Shown: positions 35,945 through 46,137 of the stretch, in pieces
Layout: each line of letters starts with the position of its first letter
Position numbering within the stretch: the stretch's first letter is position 1
DNA from: an uncultured Candidatus Saccharibacteria bacterium
GTDB lineage: Bacteria; Patescibacteriota; Minisyncoccia; Phycocordibacterales; Phycocordibacteraceae
Length of the DNA: 55,772 nt
Direction of reading: 5' to 3'
Assembly (NCBI GenBank): GCA_964550425.1
Contig: CAZJZB010000005.1
Location: 1 to 55,772 of the forward strand
Notes under the pieces: model-generated
Told to the model about the DNA's origin: nothing
Seen by the model: the letters and a program-made list of their open reading frames with translations, nothing else
Database searches by the model: none
Program-made: the position numbers and the translations under genes

Positions 35945-36640
35945 TTATTCTTTCTTAAGCACGTAGAGCACGACTCTCCCGAAATGCTTATTCGCAGGAT
36001 AATTGAATTTTCGCAAAAAGCGCCAGGGCATTTCCGGCAGAAGATAGGCGACTTGCTCTATAGTGAATAACTCCAGAATCCCTTTTTTCAATAGAGGGTC
36101 GGTCAAAAAAGTAATATGATCGTTCCCCGCCAAAAACCGATAGAATGTCTCGCGGAACACGAAAAGAATCTTATTAAAAATATGGCTCGGGTTCGGAGTT
36201 GAGAATATGAATATCCCGTCTTTTTTCAAAACGCGATGGATTTCTCGAACGAAATAAAAAGGATTTTCCAGATGTTCGATAGTTTCAATCGAAGTAACCG
36301 CATCAAACTGCCCGTCCGCATAAGGATAGGCGTCCCTATTGAAATCAAACAGCGCGAAATGTTTCGGGCGACCCTTCGATAGATAGTCTCCGATATCTGC
36401 GCCATACGTCTGCGTGATACGCATGTCCTCCAGCACCTTAAAAATAAGCCCGTTTGCCGATCCAAGATCGAGGACCGCATCAGTCGGTTTCAGATACTGC
36501 CGCATCAATGAGAGGAAAATGGGCGAAGAAAGGACTTTGGTATCGGTATCCTGATATTTCTCCCTCAACTCAGGTTCGAGTTTCTTAAGCTCAGAGGCGG
36601 AGAGATATGGGATTGCTTTTTGTTTTTCAAGGACATTCAT
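35945..36640 (-). CDS. Class I SAM-dependent methyltransferase
   Basis: LDLGSANG, ETIEHLENP, STPN. Confidence 0.88.
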   Translation of the reverse strand: MNVLEKQKAIPYLSASELKKLEPELREKYQDTDTKVLSSPIFLSLMRQYLKPTDAVLDLGSANGLIFKVLEDMRITQTYGADIGDYLSKGRPKHFALFDFNRDAYPYADGQFDAVTSIETIEHLENPFYFVREIHRVLKKDGIFIFSTPNPSHIFNKILFVFRETFYRFLAGNDHITFLTDPLLKKGILELFTIEQVAYLLPEMPWRFLRKFNYPANKHFGRVVLYVLKKE

Positions 36641-36655
36641 ATATGCAGGGCGTCA

Positions 36656-37936
36656 TTATACGCCGCTTTCCCAAAAATATTTCTGCACGTTTATCTTTTC
36701 AAGGTCATGGGTCGCCAACACTTCTGCGATACATTTTGCAGCCGTCCCATCACCAAAACGTACGTCCTGCGTGTATGGCCCGTGTTTCAGTTGGGTCCGG
36801 ATCGCATCGGCAATATTCTTTCGTTCTGTCGCAACTTCTTGTACATTATCTCCGCGCTCGCGATAAAGCTGTCGCATACCGACCAAGACAGCAGGAGTCC
36901 CTAAATAGGCCGCCTCGCGCAAAAAACTTGAAGAATTCCCGACGGCGACTGCGGCATGGGCGAGCAATCTTATATACTCTTCGAGCGCGACATGCTTATG
37001 GAATACGCTCCTCTCTATCCCATCGGTGGCGCGATACTCCCGCATGGCGATGGCGATACCATCAGAACCGGCATCGATATTAGACGCGATAAAGAATTGC
37101 GGCAAACCGACGTTATCTAAGGCGGCGAGCAGCTCCTTCATTTGCCGATAGTTGTCTTCATATTCGGTCGTGACGGGATGATGGGAGACGAGAATATACG
37201 GCTTCGTGAGATCAATGCGTCCGACTTCAAGCGGATAACGATCATAAAATGAATTATCAAGATGCATATCAATCTCTTTAAGAGAGTCGATTATGGGCGA
37301 GCCGAACGTGAATACCGTTTTAGGGTCTTCCCCCATGCGGGCGAGGCGCTCTGCACTTTGTACGGTGGCAGGAAAATGAAGATGCGCCAACTTCGAAATA
37401 GCATGACGGGTACTATTGTCGATAGTCCCAGAGACATCGCCCCCTTCTATATGCGCCAGCGGGATATTCATGTATGCGGCGGCAATGGCCACCGAGATAA
37501 TTTCAAATCGATCACCATTGATGAGAACGATGTCTGGTTTCAATTTCTTAAAGATTGCAGGGAGTCCCAATAATCCGAAACCTGCCGAGCTTACCATTTC
37601 AGCTGGAGAACCTCCTTCAACGAGCAGTGATAACCGCGCATCGACCGCGTACCCATCGGCTGCCATGGTTTGTGCCATCCTTTCGTGCCACAAAGCGGCA
37701 GTATCGCCACCGAGCAAGTGCGTAAGCCGCGCGCGTATATACCAGGGCAATGAACGAATAAGGGACGTGGGATTCGCATGTCGCAGGTATGAAAAAAAAT
37801 TATCAAAATAGGCAAACGATCCAATGAGTATCCGAAGCTTGATATCATCTCGGGCGCGCAGAGCATCCATAACCGGCTTGAGACGGCCGTAGTCGGAGCG
37901 ATTCGTAGCGACAATGCAGATAGTCCTCATATGCAT
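36656..37936 (-). CDS. neuC: UDP-GlcNAc 2-epimerase (hydrolysing)
   Basis: NRSDYG, GDRFE, HIEGGDVSGTID, HPVTTE, GNSSS. Confidence 0.93.
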   Translation of the reverse strand: MHMRTICIVATNRSDYGRLKPVMDALRARDDIKLRILIGSFAYFDNFFSYLRHANPTSLIRSLPWYIRARLTHLLGGDTAALWHERMAQTMAADGYAVDARLSLLVEGGSPAEMVSSAGFGLLGLPAIFKKLKPDIVLINGDRFEIISVAIAAAYMNIPLAHIEGGDVSGTIDNSTRHAISKLAHLHFPATVQSAERLARMGEDPKTVFTFGSPIIDSLKEIDMHLDNSFYDRYPLEVGRIDLTKPYILVSHHPVTTEYEDNYRQMKELLAALDNVGLPQFFIASNIDAGSDGIAIAMREYRATDGIERSVFHKHVALEEYIRLLAHAAVAVGNSSSFLREAAYLGTPAVLVGMRQLYRERGDNVQEVATERKNIADAIRTQLKHGPYTQDVRFGDGTAAKCIAEVLATHDLEKINVQKYFWESGV

Positions 37937-38982
37937 TACGCAATATCTTTGCGACGGATGTGCACGTCTGCGGAAATATCCGTACTCGCTTTTTTACCAA
38001 GCATCGCAGCGTATTCAGTTGCTTTTATTTCGCCCGTTCCCGGCCGCTTGACCCAGATATTCTTTTCCGTAAAATGCTCACCCTTTTTAATAGGCGCGAT
38101 GCTGACGACGCAGGCGTAGGCAAAATCTATCGTCGGTTTCTCTGCTTTGAGAATTTTCTTGCTGCCACCGAGAGCTTGATGGATCGCGCGCGTACCGATG
38201 ATTAGCTCCTTCAGTTCGGCGGGGTCTATCGAGATCGACACATCAGGGCCCGGCCAGCGTTTATTGGAAGTGAAATGTTTTTCCAGAATCGATGCGCCGA
38301 ACGATACCGCCGCAAAGCAGGTGTAATTACCCATCGAATGGTCGCTCAGGCCCAATACCGCATCGGGAAATGCCTTATGCAGTTCGGCTAGAGCACCCAA
38401 GCGCACCTGCGTATAGGGCGTCGGATAGAGCGACGTGCAGTGCAGGAGCGCGTACGGCGTTCTGTGTTTACGAAATATCTGCACCGCTTTTTTCACTGCC
38501 GGAATATCGTTCATTCCCGTTGAAAGAATGGTCGGCTTTTTAAAGCGGGCAATGTGCTCGATAAGCGGATAATTGTTACATTCTCCTGAGCCGATTTTAT
38601 AGGCAACGACATTCATGCGCTCCAACCTATCCGCCGCGGCCCGCGAAAACGGAGTCGAGATATAGATAAGACCCTTCTGCTCGGTGTATTTCTTTAATTC
38701 ACGATCCTGTGCCTCGGAAAAAGCGCATCGCGCCATAATGTCCCAGATGGATTCCTTGGCATTCCCGGGTATTACCTTCTTTGCCTCGGGAATCATCTCG
38801 TCCTCGATAACATGCGCCTGAAATTTTACACATTCGGCACCGGCCTTGACAGCATCATCGATCATCTGCTTCGCCTTCTGCATGCTACCTTCGTGATTGA
38901 TGCCAATCTCGGCAATGACAAAAGGCGGGTACGTCCCGCCGATTTTCCGGCCTCCGACTGAGATGCTAGGTATTTTTGTCAT
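37936..38982 (-). CDS. neuB: N-acetylneuraminate synthase
   Basis: IAEIGINHEGS, KIGSGECNNYP, GLSDHS, EKHFT, C-terminal SAF/AFP domain KRPGTG. Confidence 0.96.
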   Translation of the reverse strand: MTKIPSISVGGRKIGGTYPPFVIAEIGINHEGSMQKAKQMIDDAVKAGAECVKFQAHVIEDEMIPEAKKVIPGNAKESIWDIMARCAFSEAQDRELKKYTEQKGLIYISTPFSRAAADRLERMNVVAYKIGSGECNNYPLIEHIARFKKPTILSTGMNDIPAVKKAVQIFRKHRTPYALLHCTSLYPTPYTQVRLGALAELHKAFPDAVLGLSDHSMGNYTCFAAVSFGASILEKHFTSNKRWPGPDVSISIDPAELKELIIGTRAIHQALGGSKKILKAEKPTIDFAYACVVSIAPIKKGEHFTEKNIWVKRPGTGEIKATEYAAMLGKKASTDISADVHIRRKDIA

Positions 38983-39106
38983 ATGAATCTATAACCTAGG
39001 CGTATGAAAAAAAGATACCGCTTTTCATGCCTATATACATTATTTGTATCCAAATTTTTTTCTCATCGGTAGAAAAACGGGGTGCTGATTCTTTCATACA
39101 GAGATG

Positions 39107-39391
39107 CTAGCTCCTTGCCCCGCGGTCACTCCCGATACGAAATACGTGGATGTAGACGCCCATGCAGATGAGCAGAAACAAGATTCCGAGAATGTATTTT
39201 ATGATGAGGGGTGGCTGATTGATGAGTGTCGCATACCAAAGCGCCACTATATTGGCGACAAATTGGAGAAATAAAAGAGCGAAGCTTAAGCCCTCCACGC
39301 TTTTTGTCTTAAACGTCTTGATAATCTGCGGAATGTAACAAACGGTAAACAAAAAAGTTGCGAGCCACCCTAAAAACATTGCGAAGGTCAT
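39107..39391 (-). CDS. PQ-loop / SemiSWEET family transporter
   Basis: YIPQIIKTFKTKSVEGLS; three TMs; 94 aa. Confidence 0.85.
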   Translation of the reverse strand: MTFAMFLGWLATFLFTVCYIPQIIKTFKTKSVEGLSFALLFLQFVANIVALWYATLINQPPLIIKYILGILFLLICMGVYIHVFRIGSDRGARS

Positions 39392-40107
39392 ACTGTAGAC
39401 AGTTTAGAAAGCTTTTTTTCAGCATTGATCCAATCTTCCGGAGAATCGATGTCGATGGAATACTCGGGTGCAAGAATGTAGCCACGAACATCATTTCCAT
39501 ACAGGCTCGGCTCCGGTGCAAACAGCAGATCGGTCTTGAAGAGGTAGAATGCGCCATTCCGAAAATAGGTTTTGGGAAGGTCTTGGCGACGACGAATCAC
39601 ACTTGACCAGGGACTGCCGTCAGCCAGCAGCGCCTTCCCTTTCTCGTCTATCTTTATTTGCCAATGACAGTTGTGATGCCCTTCGACCTCGCCGAGAGCG
39701 ATCACTGAGTCTGCTGCCGTCTGCGTGGCAAGCGCGACCGCTTCTTGTATATGAAACGCTTGCCGTCCTGGCGATGTTGGCTCAAGCAGAAGTACGTAGT
39801 CCGGATAATACCCTTCATGTTCTCTGAGCCACTGCACCGCGTGTTGCAAGACCGGCAAGGTAGGGGTTACATCTTCAGCGAGTTCAGCAGGACGAATGAA
39901 AGGCACTTCTGCGCCAAGAGTGCGTGCAATATCCGCAATTTCCTTATCCTCGGTCGAAATAATCAGGCGATCGAGCACGCCGGAGTCCCGACCTGCCTCG
40001 ATAGACCATGCGATAAGCGGCTTACCGCAGAACGGTCTTATATTTTTGCGAGGAATCGATTTTGAGCCGCCGCGCGCGATGACTATTCCGAGAATCTTTC
40101 TGTCCAT
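39388..40107 (-). CDS. neuA: Acylneuraminate cytidylyltransferase
   Basis: ARGGSKSIPRKN, PTSP, SIDIDSPED. Confidence 0.95.
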   Translation of the reverse strand: MDRKILGIVIARGGSKSIPRKNIRPFCGKPLIAWSIEAGRDSGVLDRLIISTEDKEIADIARTLGAEVPFIRPAELAEDVTPTLPVLQHAVQWLREHEGYYPDYVLLLEPTSPGRQAFHIQEAVALATQTAADSVIALGEVEGHHNCHWQIKIDEKGKALLADGSPWSSVIRRRQDLPKTYFRNGAFYLFKTDLLFAPEPSLYGNDVRGYILAPEYSIDIDSPEDWINAEKKLSKLSTV

Positions 40108-40139
40108 GTATATGTATCGTACAACCGTGCAATGGTACC

Positions 40140-41507
40140 TTAAAGTTTCAAGATTCCCAATAAAGCGACCGCCATCCGCTTCCCCGCATCGGGTGGCCCT
40201 GCAAAACGTTCAACAATCTTTTTCCGAGCCTCAGAATCGAGGCTGGGATTTGCACAATAATCCCGTATCTGACTCCCCAGCTCTTCTAGCGAATGCGCGA
40301 CACGCACGCCTTTTGTCTTAAGCAAGTCAACGATATGCGTCCCCATATCATGAAAGCGTGCGACTGAAAACCAGTACCGCTCCTTCGAATTTCCATCGAA
40401 AGCAACGGTTATGACTGGCCGATCAAGTACCGCCCCTTCTATCATCATGGTGGATCCTGCAGTAATGACGACCGCCGCATGACGAATTGTGTTGATGAGG
40501 CGTACTGTATGCTTGAGCTTCATATCCCACTGATGTAATACGTCAGTTTTATATTCTGCATTGCGTTCCGGTCTCACATGCACGAGTGATGCTATACGCT
40601 CCAGCGGGCTACTGAACGCCGGATGCGCGCGAAAGAGTGCGATGCAATTTTTTGGGACTGAACCCATTTCGATCAGTGACTCTAGTACCTCTGCGATTTC
40701 TCCCTCTTTCGGAAATAGGAAATCCCCTATCGCGGCATACAGCAATATACGGGAGGACGGATCGATACCAAGTTCGACACAGTATTCCTCGCGTGTTTGA
40801 TAGTATTCTTCGCGCCTATAGAGGTCCAAAAACGGCGTGCCTACCGTAGATACGCGTGCAGACAGCATATCGTGCAAATTGACGGCTTGTGCTGCGAGAA
40901 AAAAGTTTTGAGCAAAAAATTGATCCGGCAGAATTCGTAAAATTCCATATGTCGTAAGATTATCCCAACCGCGCACCATGCCAACCGTATAAACTTCTCG
41001 ACGACGTGCCTCACGAAGAAGAGGGGTGTCAATATCTACATTGAGACATACTGTAGAAAATAGTAAGTCAGGATTATGACGCTCAAACACATCTGCCACC
41101 TCTTTTGTTGGTGAAATATGAAGCTCTAGTGCACGCAAAAGAGTTCGCAATGGACGCACGTGTCCAAATAATTTCCCAATACACCACTTTACCCATGGCT
41201 TAATCTTACTTTCGCCATTTTCGTACGAACGGTGTTGCATGAGTGTATTGGTCTCGGTTACCATTCCGTTGCGGGCAAAAAATGCCAATACTTTCTCAAA
41301 AAATGACGAGTGTTGCGGAAGCAAAGATTCAACAAGTATGTTCGGGCCGCCAAACTCTTCGCGAAACGATTCAACCATGTCTGATGTGGTCAGCAGCACA
41401 ATGCGCAGATCTTTCTGCTCTTTCAACGCCAACCAGAAGTCGGTGCGCAGGATATTACGCGCGACGGATGTCTCAGAAAGAGTGATGATGAGTGTTTTTC
41501 GTTGCAT
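40140..41507 (-). CDS. GT-B fold transferase (TagF-like / candidate nonulosonate transferase)
   Basis: WDNLTT, RAHP, GSTMMIEGAVLDRP; adjacent to neuA and the flippase. Confidence 0.65.
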   Translation of the reverse strand: MQRKTLIITLSETSVARNILRTDFWLALKEQKDLRIVLLTTSDMVESFREEFGGPNILVESLLPQHSSFFEKVLAFFARNGMVTETNTLMQHRSYENGESKIKPWVKWCIGKLFGHVRPLRTLLRALELHISPTKEVADVFERHNPDLLFSTVCLNVDIDTPLLREARRREVYTVGMVRGWDNLTTYGILRILPDQFFAQNFFLAAQAVNLHDMLSARVSTVGTPFLDLYRREEYYQTREEYCVELGIDPSSRILLYAAIGDFLFPKEGEIAEVLESLIEMGSVPKNCIALFRAHPAFSSPLERIASLVHVRPERNAEYKTDVLHQWDMKLKHTVRLINTIRHAAVVITAGSTMMIEGAVLDRPVITVAFDGNSKERYWFSVARFHDMGTHIVDLLKTKGVRVAHSLEELGSQIRDYCANPSLDSEARKKIVERFAGPPDAGKRMAVALLGILKL

Positions 41508-41511
41508 AATC

Positions 41512-42894
41512 TTAGAATCTTTTCCGCTGCGGGAACACTTCTAATTTCTTCAGCACATATCTCCTGATCTGAGCTACGATCGTACGGTCGATATCGTCAA
41601 CCGTAAAGAAACTCCGCCACTCAAGTCTGAAGTCCGGCATAAGACGCTTCAGGGTAAGGTATCGCTCCCACACGTACAGATAATTTACGATGATGTTCGC
41701 GTAGGCAATGCCGAATAATCCGAAGAAGTGAAGTAGGGGCGGCATGAGAAGCAACGTGAGAAACAATTTGTATGCGGATGCCCAAAAGAGGTTTCGTTGC
41801 GCCTGCAGGGCGTAGAAGACCCCCGTAAATATCGTATCGAATGCGCTCGAAATGAGCATGATGAGCATGATTTGAAACAGCGGCACCGCCGGAACATACT
41901 GGGGGAAAAACCACGCGATGAGGAACGGCGAGAATGCCATCGCTGCGACGCTGACAAAAATGTATACGAGCAATTCGTACTTTACTGCCTTGGTTATGAA
42001 GCGATAAAAACGCTCTTTCATATGCACATACTGCGGGAACATCGGCTTTACGATCAAATCAAGCGGCACTAGAGACACCGTGTGCCCGATAAGACCCTGA
42101 ACGACCGCAAAGATAGCGACCGCTTCTGTACCTAAGAAAAACTTTACTATCCACGGACGGATGTTCTTGCCGACCGTCCCGAGATAGCTTGAGAAAATAC
42201 CCCACTTGCCATGATGCCAGAGGAAATAAAATGTCGAATAGTGCACCGCGCGCGTCTTCCACAACAGAGGATCGATACGGCTGAACGGTACGGCGATCGA
42301 GATGAGGGCAAACACTTGCGAGAGCACGATTGCCAGAACAAGGCCCGCGGCGCTCATATTGAACACGAAGAAAAAAACCACGAGCAGGAGCAGCTTCCAC
42401 ACTTCCTCCAATATGGTCTGGATCGATTGCTGTCTGAAGCGGAAGTATACACTCTGAAGCGTTTGCGCGGTCGTCCGGATCGGGGACACGAGGAAGGAGA
42501 AGGAAATAATTTCAAAAAGGAATGCCGCGTCCGGTTTGCCGTACCACACCGCAAGCACATGCACGCCAAAAAAAACTATCGCGAATATCAGTACGGAAAA
42601 CAATACTTGTAGCCGAAGAAATGAGAGCAGTAAGCCCTTCATGCGTGGCAAATCCCCCTTCCCCCGTTCGAGTCCCATATCGGCGATTACCGTCACATTG
42701 AGACCGGGAAGAAGAAAGAGGGAGAGCAGGGGCACTGCCGTGATGACTAACTCGGCAAAACCATACTCATACACTGTGAGGTGGTTAAGGGTGAGTAAAA
42801 CAGAAAAAACCCCGATTACCTTTATCAGGAGAGTGGTGCTCATAAGCCACGCGGTTCCACGACTGACGACGCCCGTAACGGAGGTCCCTTCCAT
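41512..42894 (-). CDS. Oligosaccharide flippase (Wzx/MOP family)
   Basis: About 12 TM segments; LTVYEYG; position in the glycan locus. Confidence 0.85.
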   Translation of the reverse strand: MEGTSVTGVVSRGTAWLMSTTLLIKVIGVFSVLLTLNHLTVYEYGFAELVITAVPLLSLFLLPGLNVTVIADMGLERGKGDLPRMKGLLLSFLRLQVLFSVLIFAIVFFGVHVLAVWYGKPDAAFLFEIISFSFLVSPIRTTAQTLQSVYFRFRQQSIQTILEEVWKLLLLVVFFFVFNMSAAGLVLAIVLSQVFALISIAVPFSRIDPLLWKTRAVHYSTFYFLWHHGKWGIFSSYLGTVGKNIRPWIVKFFLGTEAVAIFAVVQGLIGHTVSLVPLDLIVKPMFPQYVHMKERFYRFITKAVKYELLVYIFVSVAAMAFSPFLIAWFFPQYVPAVPLFQIMLIMLISSAFDTIFTGVFYALQAQRNLFWASAYKLFLTLLLMPPLLHFFGLFGIAYANIIVNYLYVWERYLTLKRLMPDFRLEWRSFFTVDDIDRTIVAQIRRYVLKKLEVFPQRKRF

Positions 42895-42989
42895 AGAAAA
42901 GTAAGTGGTTGTCCGCTTATAGTATCTTATACCCTCGTTCTTTGCTTAAGGTTGCGACACCGGAAGATTCGCGCAGATCGAGAAACTTG

Positions 42990-43146
42990 TTAAAAGACCG
43001 CTTCAATCCATATGAGCGACACACCGGACAAGCCCCCATTACTGACTATACGATTCCCGTATGCCGCGCCCGAGGAATAATTTAGCGACTGTCTTCAGGT
43101 ATTCAATACCAGTACGCATCATTGAAAGAGGTGCGTGGCTAGACAT
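42990..43146 (-). pseudogene. Internally deleted FkbM-like methyltransferase remnant
   Basis: MSSHAPLSMMRTGIEYLKTVAKLFLGRGIRESYSQ* joined to another-frame GLSGVSLIWIEAVF*. Confidence 0.5.
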
Positions 43147-44287
43147 AACTGTTTTCTGATACGCCCTCTTCTATAAATCGCACAATGCGCTCTGCACGAG
43201 CACGCCAGGAAAATGCTGCCGCCAGACGCTTCGCCGCTTCAATCTTCGGTGCAAGTTCTCTACCGTGTGTGATTGCATGCTGTACCACGAGTGCAAGATC
43301 TTGTGCATTATCCGGCTCATAGAAAAGTACCTCATGCTCCGACACTATCTCGCGGAGTGCGGGCGTGCCGCTCGCGATGATAGGGCGCCCTGTAGCAACA
43401 TATTCAAAGAGTTTCATCGGCGATGTATAGCGATAGGATTGTATGTCGCGTTTCGTCCCGAGCACGAGTAGCGCATCAGCCGCCGCGTACCAAAGCGGCA
43501 TCTCATTAAATGGGCGACTGCCCGCGAAGAAAAAATTAGCTGGCACCGCTTCTTTGACCAGTTTTTTAAATTCTTCTTCAGTACCGCCTACGATCTGCCA
43601 GCGGATAGTAGATGTCTCTGTTGCGGCTGTTGGTAAAATTTCTAGACCCTTCCATTCAAAAAATCGACCTGCGTAGAGAACGATATGGGTATCCTGCGGA
43701 AGTCCGAGTCGTGTGCGTGCATCTCTTTTCTCTATCTTAGGAAAAGCCATGAGATCAACACCGTTCGGTTCGACGAGATATTGTGCTGGTGAGCGAGGAA
43801 AATTCTTTTGTAATTCCTCGACGATAATTTTATTAATGGCGATGATACCCCATACGCTTCTGAAAAGAACATGTTTCGCGAGTGTCGAGTGTTTTACATC
43901 ATGCATCTCCGAGAAAATCGGTTTCTGCAGAAAGGTAAGTGCCAATGAAGAGAACGTATCTAGATCGACTGTATAGAGCACGAACCGCTCTCCTTTTCTT
44001 TTTTTCCGCGAGAGGAAAATCAGGTATGAACACATGAACGACAGAGAAGCTACGACGTACCCGAAACGCCCTCTGCCGTACCAATCGAGCGCCGGTAGGC
44101 ACACGAGCGGAACCTCGACGCGCAAGCCATAATACTCGCGTATCGAACGCTGATCAGTCGCGCGACGCGGCACAACTAGCGTTACATCGACCCCTGCTTC
44201 AATAAATGCCTCGCACATCTTCGCTATCTGGATGCCATGCGCCTTCTCAGTCGGCATTCGCGCATTAGCAATATAATACAGCTTCAT
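43139..44287 (-). CDS. GT4 glycosyltransferase
   Basis: MKLYYIANARMPTEKAHG, PNGVD, SPMKLFEY. Confidence 0.92.
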   Translation of the reverse strand: MKLYYIANARMPTEKAHGIQIAKMCEAFIEAGVDVTLVVPRRATDQRSIREYYGLRVEVPLVCLPALDWYGRGRFGYVVASLSFMCSYLIFLSRKKRKGERFVLYTVDLDTFSSLALTFLQKPIFSEMHDVKHSTLAKHVLFRSVWGIIAINKIIVEELQKNFPRSPAQYLVEPNGVDLMAFPKIEKRDARTRLGLPQDTHIVLYAGRFFEWKGLEILPTAATETSTIRWQIVGGTEEEFKKLVKEAVPANFFFAGSRPFNEMPLWYAAADALLVLGTKRDIQSYRYTSPMKLFEYVATGRPIIASGTPALREIVSEHEVLFYEPDNAQDLALVVQHAITHGRELAPKIEAAKRLAAAFSWRARAERIVRFIEEGVSENSYV

Positions 44288-44351
44288 AAGCAATATAATC
44301 CCACAAATTGCGGAAAAGTAGCAACAGAGTGAATACGAGTATATACTTGCG

Positions 44352-45449
44352 TCAACACCTATCTGAATGTATGCCGAAAGCCAATTTTGCACGCAGTTCT
44401 TCTACAATAGGTCGCATGAGCGCATCAATGCGGAAATAATTAATGTAGGCATCGCGCGCTCTTCTTTGCATCTGTTCAAAATAATCGGGCGAAATATTCT
44501 TATGAAATGCAGTTATCCTTTCTGGTAACTGTTTGATATCACGAAAATCGACAATAAGTGCGAATGATGAATAATCGATTCTGTCACTGAAGGGGAAGTT
44601 CCGTTCGGTATCTATGATGATGGGAATACGCCCGAGTGACAATATTTCAAACAGCCGTGTTGAATTGTTTGCATCCCCGCGCACATCAAGCGCGTAATCA
44701 TTTTCTAATATATTATTTACAAATTCTTTATGGAGTTTTTCCGTTGGATCAAGAGCGGTTTTACTATGTCCAGAATACGAGCTCCGCACTAAAAAGTTTG
44801 ACTCGAGAGCCGAAGAACATTTTAAAATAGATATTGCCTCTCGGCGAAAAAATAGACCCTTTTTACAAGCCTCGTAACGACGGTCAAACATACTCCTGAC
44901 ACGGATTGGTAACTCTTTAATAAGAGTGCGTATCTCCTGATTTGGCGTAAGTACTGCCCATCCAGAGAAACCAATTCTCGCCTTTTCGCTTTTCTGGCGT
45001 ATCTGCAATTTTCCGTCGTAATACACCTCAAGAAGATCGTCCGCATATGCCGGAATAATTATTTCATTTTGCGCGCGTGAAAAACGATATCCGCCATAGC
45101 GCAATACCAAAGTATTAGGAAGTATTATTGGATATTCGATATCTCCTACTCCGTCAACAAGAAGAAACTTCCCTTGTCTTTTTGCTTCTGCGACACACGA
45201 CTCAATAAGGTCTGGCGCATGTCGTTGAGCAAGATTATGACTGTAGGGCATAAGCACCATATCCGCCGCTTTCGCATCCTCGGTAATAGCGTACCGCATC
45301 GTGTCAAAACTATGTCTCTCAAAAAGAGCGTGGTGAAATGAAAGATATTCTTTGTCGAGACAATTTCCCCAAAAGGGATACATGAGCGGTATGTGCTGCA
45401 AATTTTGACGTCGCCACGCCGGATCAACAAAAAAAGTGATGTGGTCCAT
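44352..45449 (-). CDS. Exostosin (GT47) family protein
   Basis: ALDVRGDANNSTRLFEILSLGRIPIII..PF. Confidence 0.82.
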   Translation of the reverse strand: MDHITFFVDPAWRRQNLQHIPLMYPFWGNCLDKEYLSFHHALFERHSFDTMRYAITEDAKAADMVLMPYSHNLAQRHAPDLIESCVAEAKRQGKFLLVDGVGDIEYPIILPNTLVLRYGGYRFSRAQNEIIIPAYADDLLEVYYDGKLQIRQKSEKARIGFSGWAVLTPNQEIRTLIKELPIRVRSMFDRRYEACKKGLFFRREAISILKCSSALESNFLVRSSYSGHSKTALDPTEKLHKEFVNNILENDYALDVRGDANNSTRLFEILSLGRIPIIIDTERNFPFSDRIDYSSFALIVDFRDIKQLPERITAFHKNISPDYFEQMQRRARDAYINYFRIDALMRPIVEELRAKLAFGIHSDRC

Positions 45450-45452
45450 ATA

Positions 45453-46097
45453 CTACTCAACTGAAGCGACAAAAAGAAAGCCCAGAGGATTACGCAGAAC
45501 ACTCTGTGGGCGCATATGTACGAACAACCAATCGCTCGATGCATAACATATAAACAGGAGTGGTCTGAATATACGCGGCACCGAGAGTACAATGGTGTTG
45601 AAGTTCGCCAATATCGGACCACGGCCGATACGCTTGATGATTACTTTTTTAAACCCGACCTCCGTAAGCATTCGTTCGAGCGCTTCATTAGTATACCGAA
45701 AGAAATCATGAGGATCAGGATGATAGCCGACCCAAAATGGTACGAACCCGATAAGGTGTCCTTCTTTTTTTAGGACGCGATGGACCTGCAGTAGGAGAAA
45801 TTTATGCTCGTAAATATGTTCAAGCACGTTACACAATAGAATGGTGTCCGCATACGCGTCACTGAATGGGAGTGGGTCTGTCTCGAAATCAATGCCTGAA
45901 AGTGAAGCGTCGACAGTTTCTATCTGTACCCCGTCTGCGCGCTGTAGAAAGTCAAAATAATTGGGACTGCGCCCTCCCCCAATGTCAATAACCGTGCCAC
46001 GAAGCGTCTCGTGCGCGAGTGCTTCATTCATAAGTATGCGGGCAATGCTCTGTCCACGGAAAAGAGAGCTCATTCTGTGCAATATGCCGCGTTTCAT
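45453..46097 (-). CDS. Class I SAM-dependent methyltransferase
   Basis: IDIGGG, NVLEH, HPDPHDFFRYT. Confidence 0.88.
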   Translation of the reverse strand: MKRGILHRMSSLFRGQSIARILMNEALAHETLRGTVIDIGGGRSPNYFDFLQRADGVQIETVDASLSGIDFETDPLPFSDAYADTILLCNVLEHIYEHKFLLLQVHRVLKKEGHLIGFVPFWVGYHPDPHDFFRYTNEALERMLTEVGFKKVIIKRIGRGPILANFNTIVLSVPRIFRPLLFICYASSDWLFVHMRPQSVLRNPLGFLFVASVE

Positions 46098-46137
46098 TCT
46101 GGGTCGAATAGATCAAATAGTAACATGGGGTGAGAAG

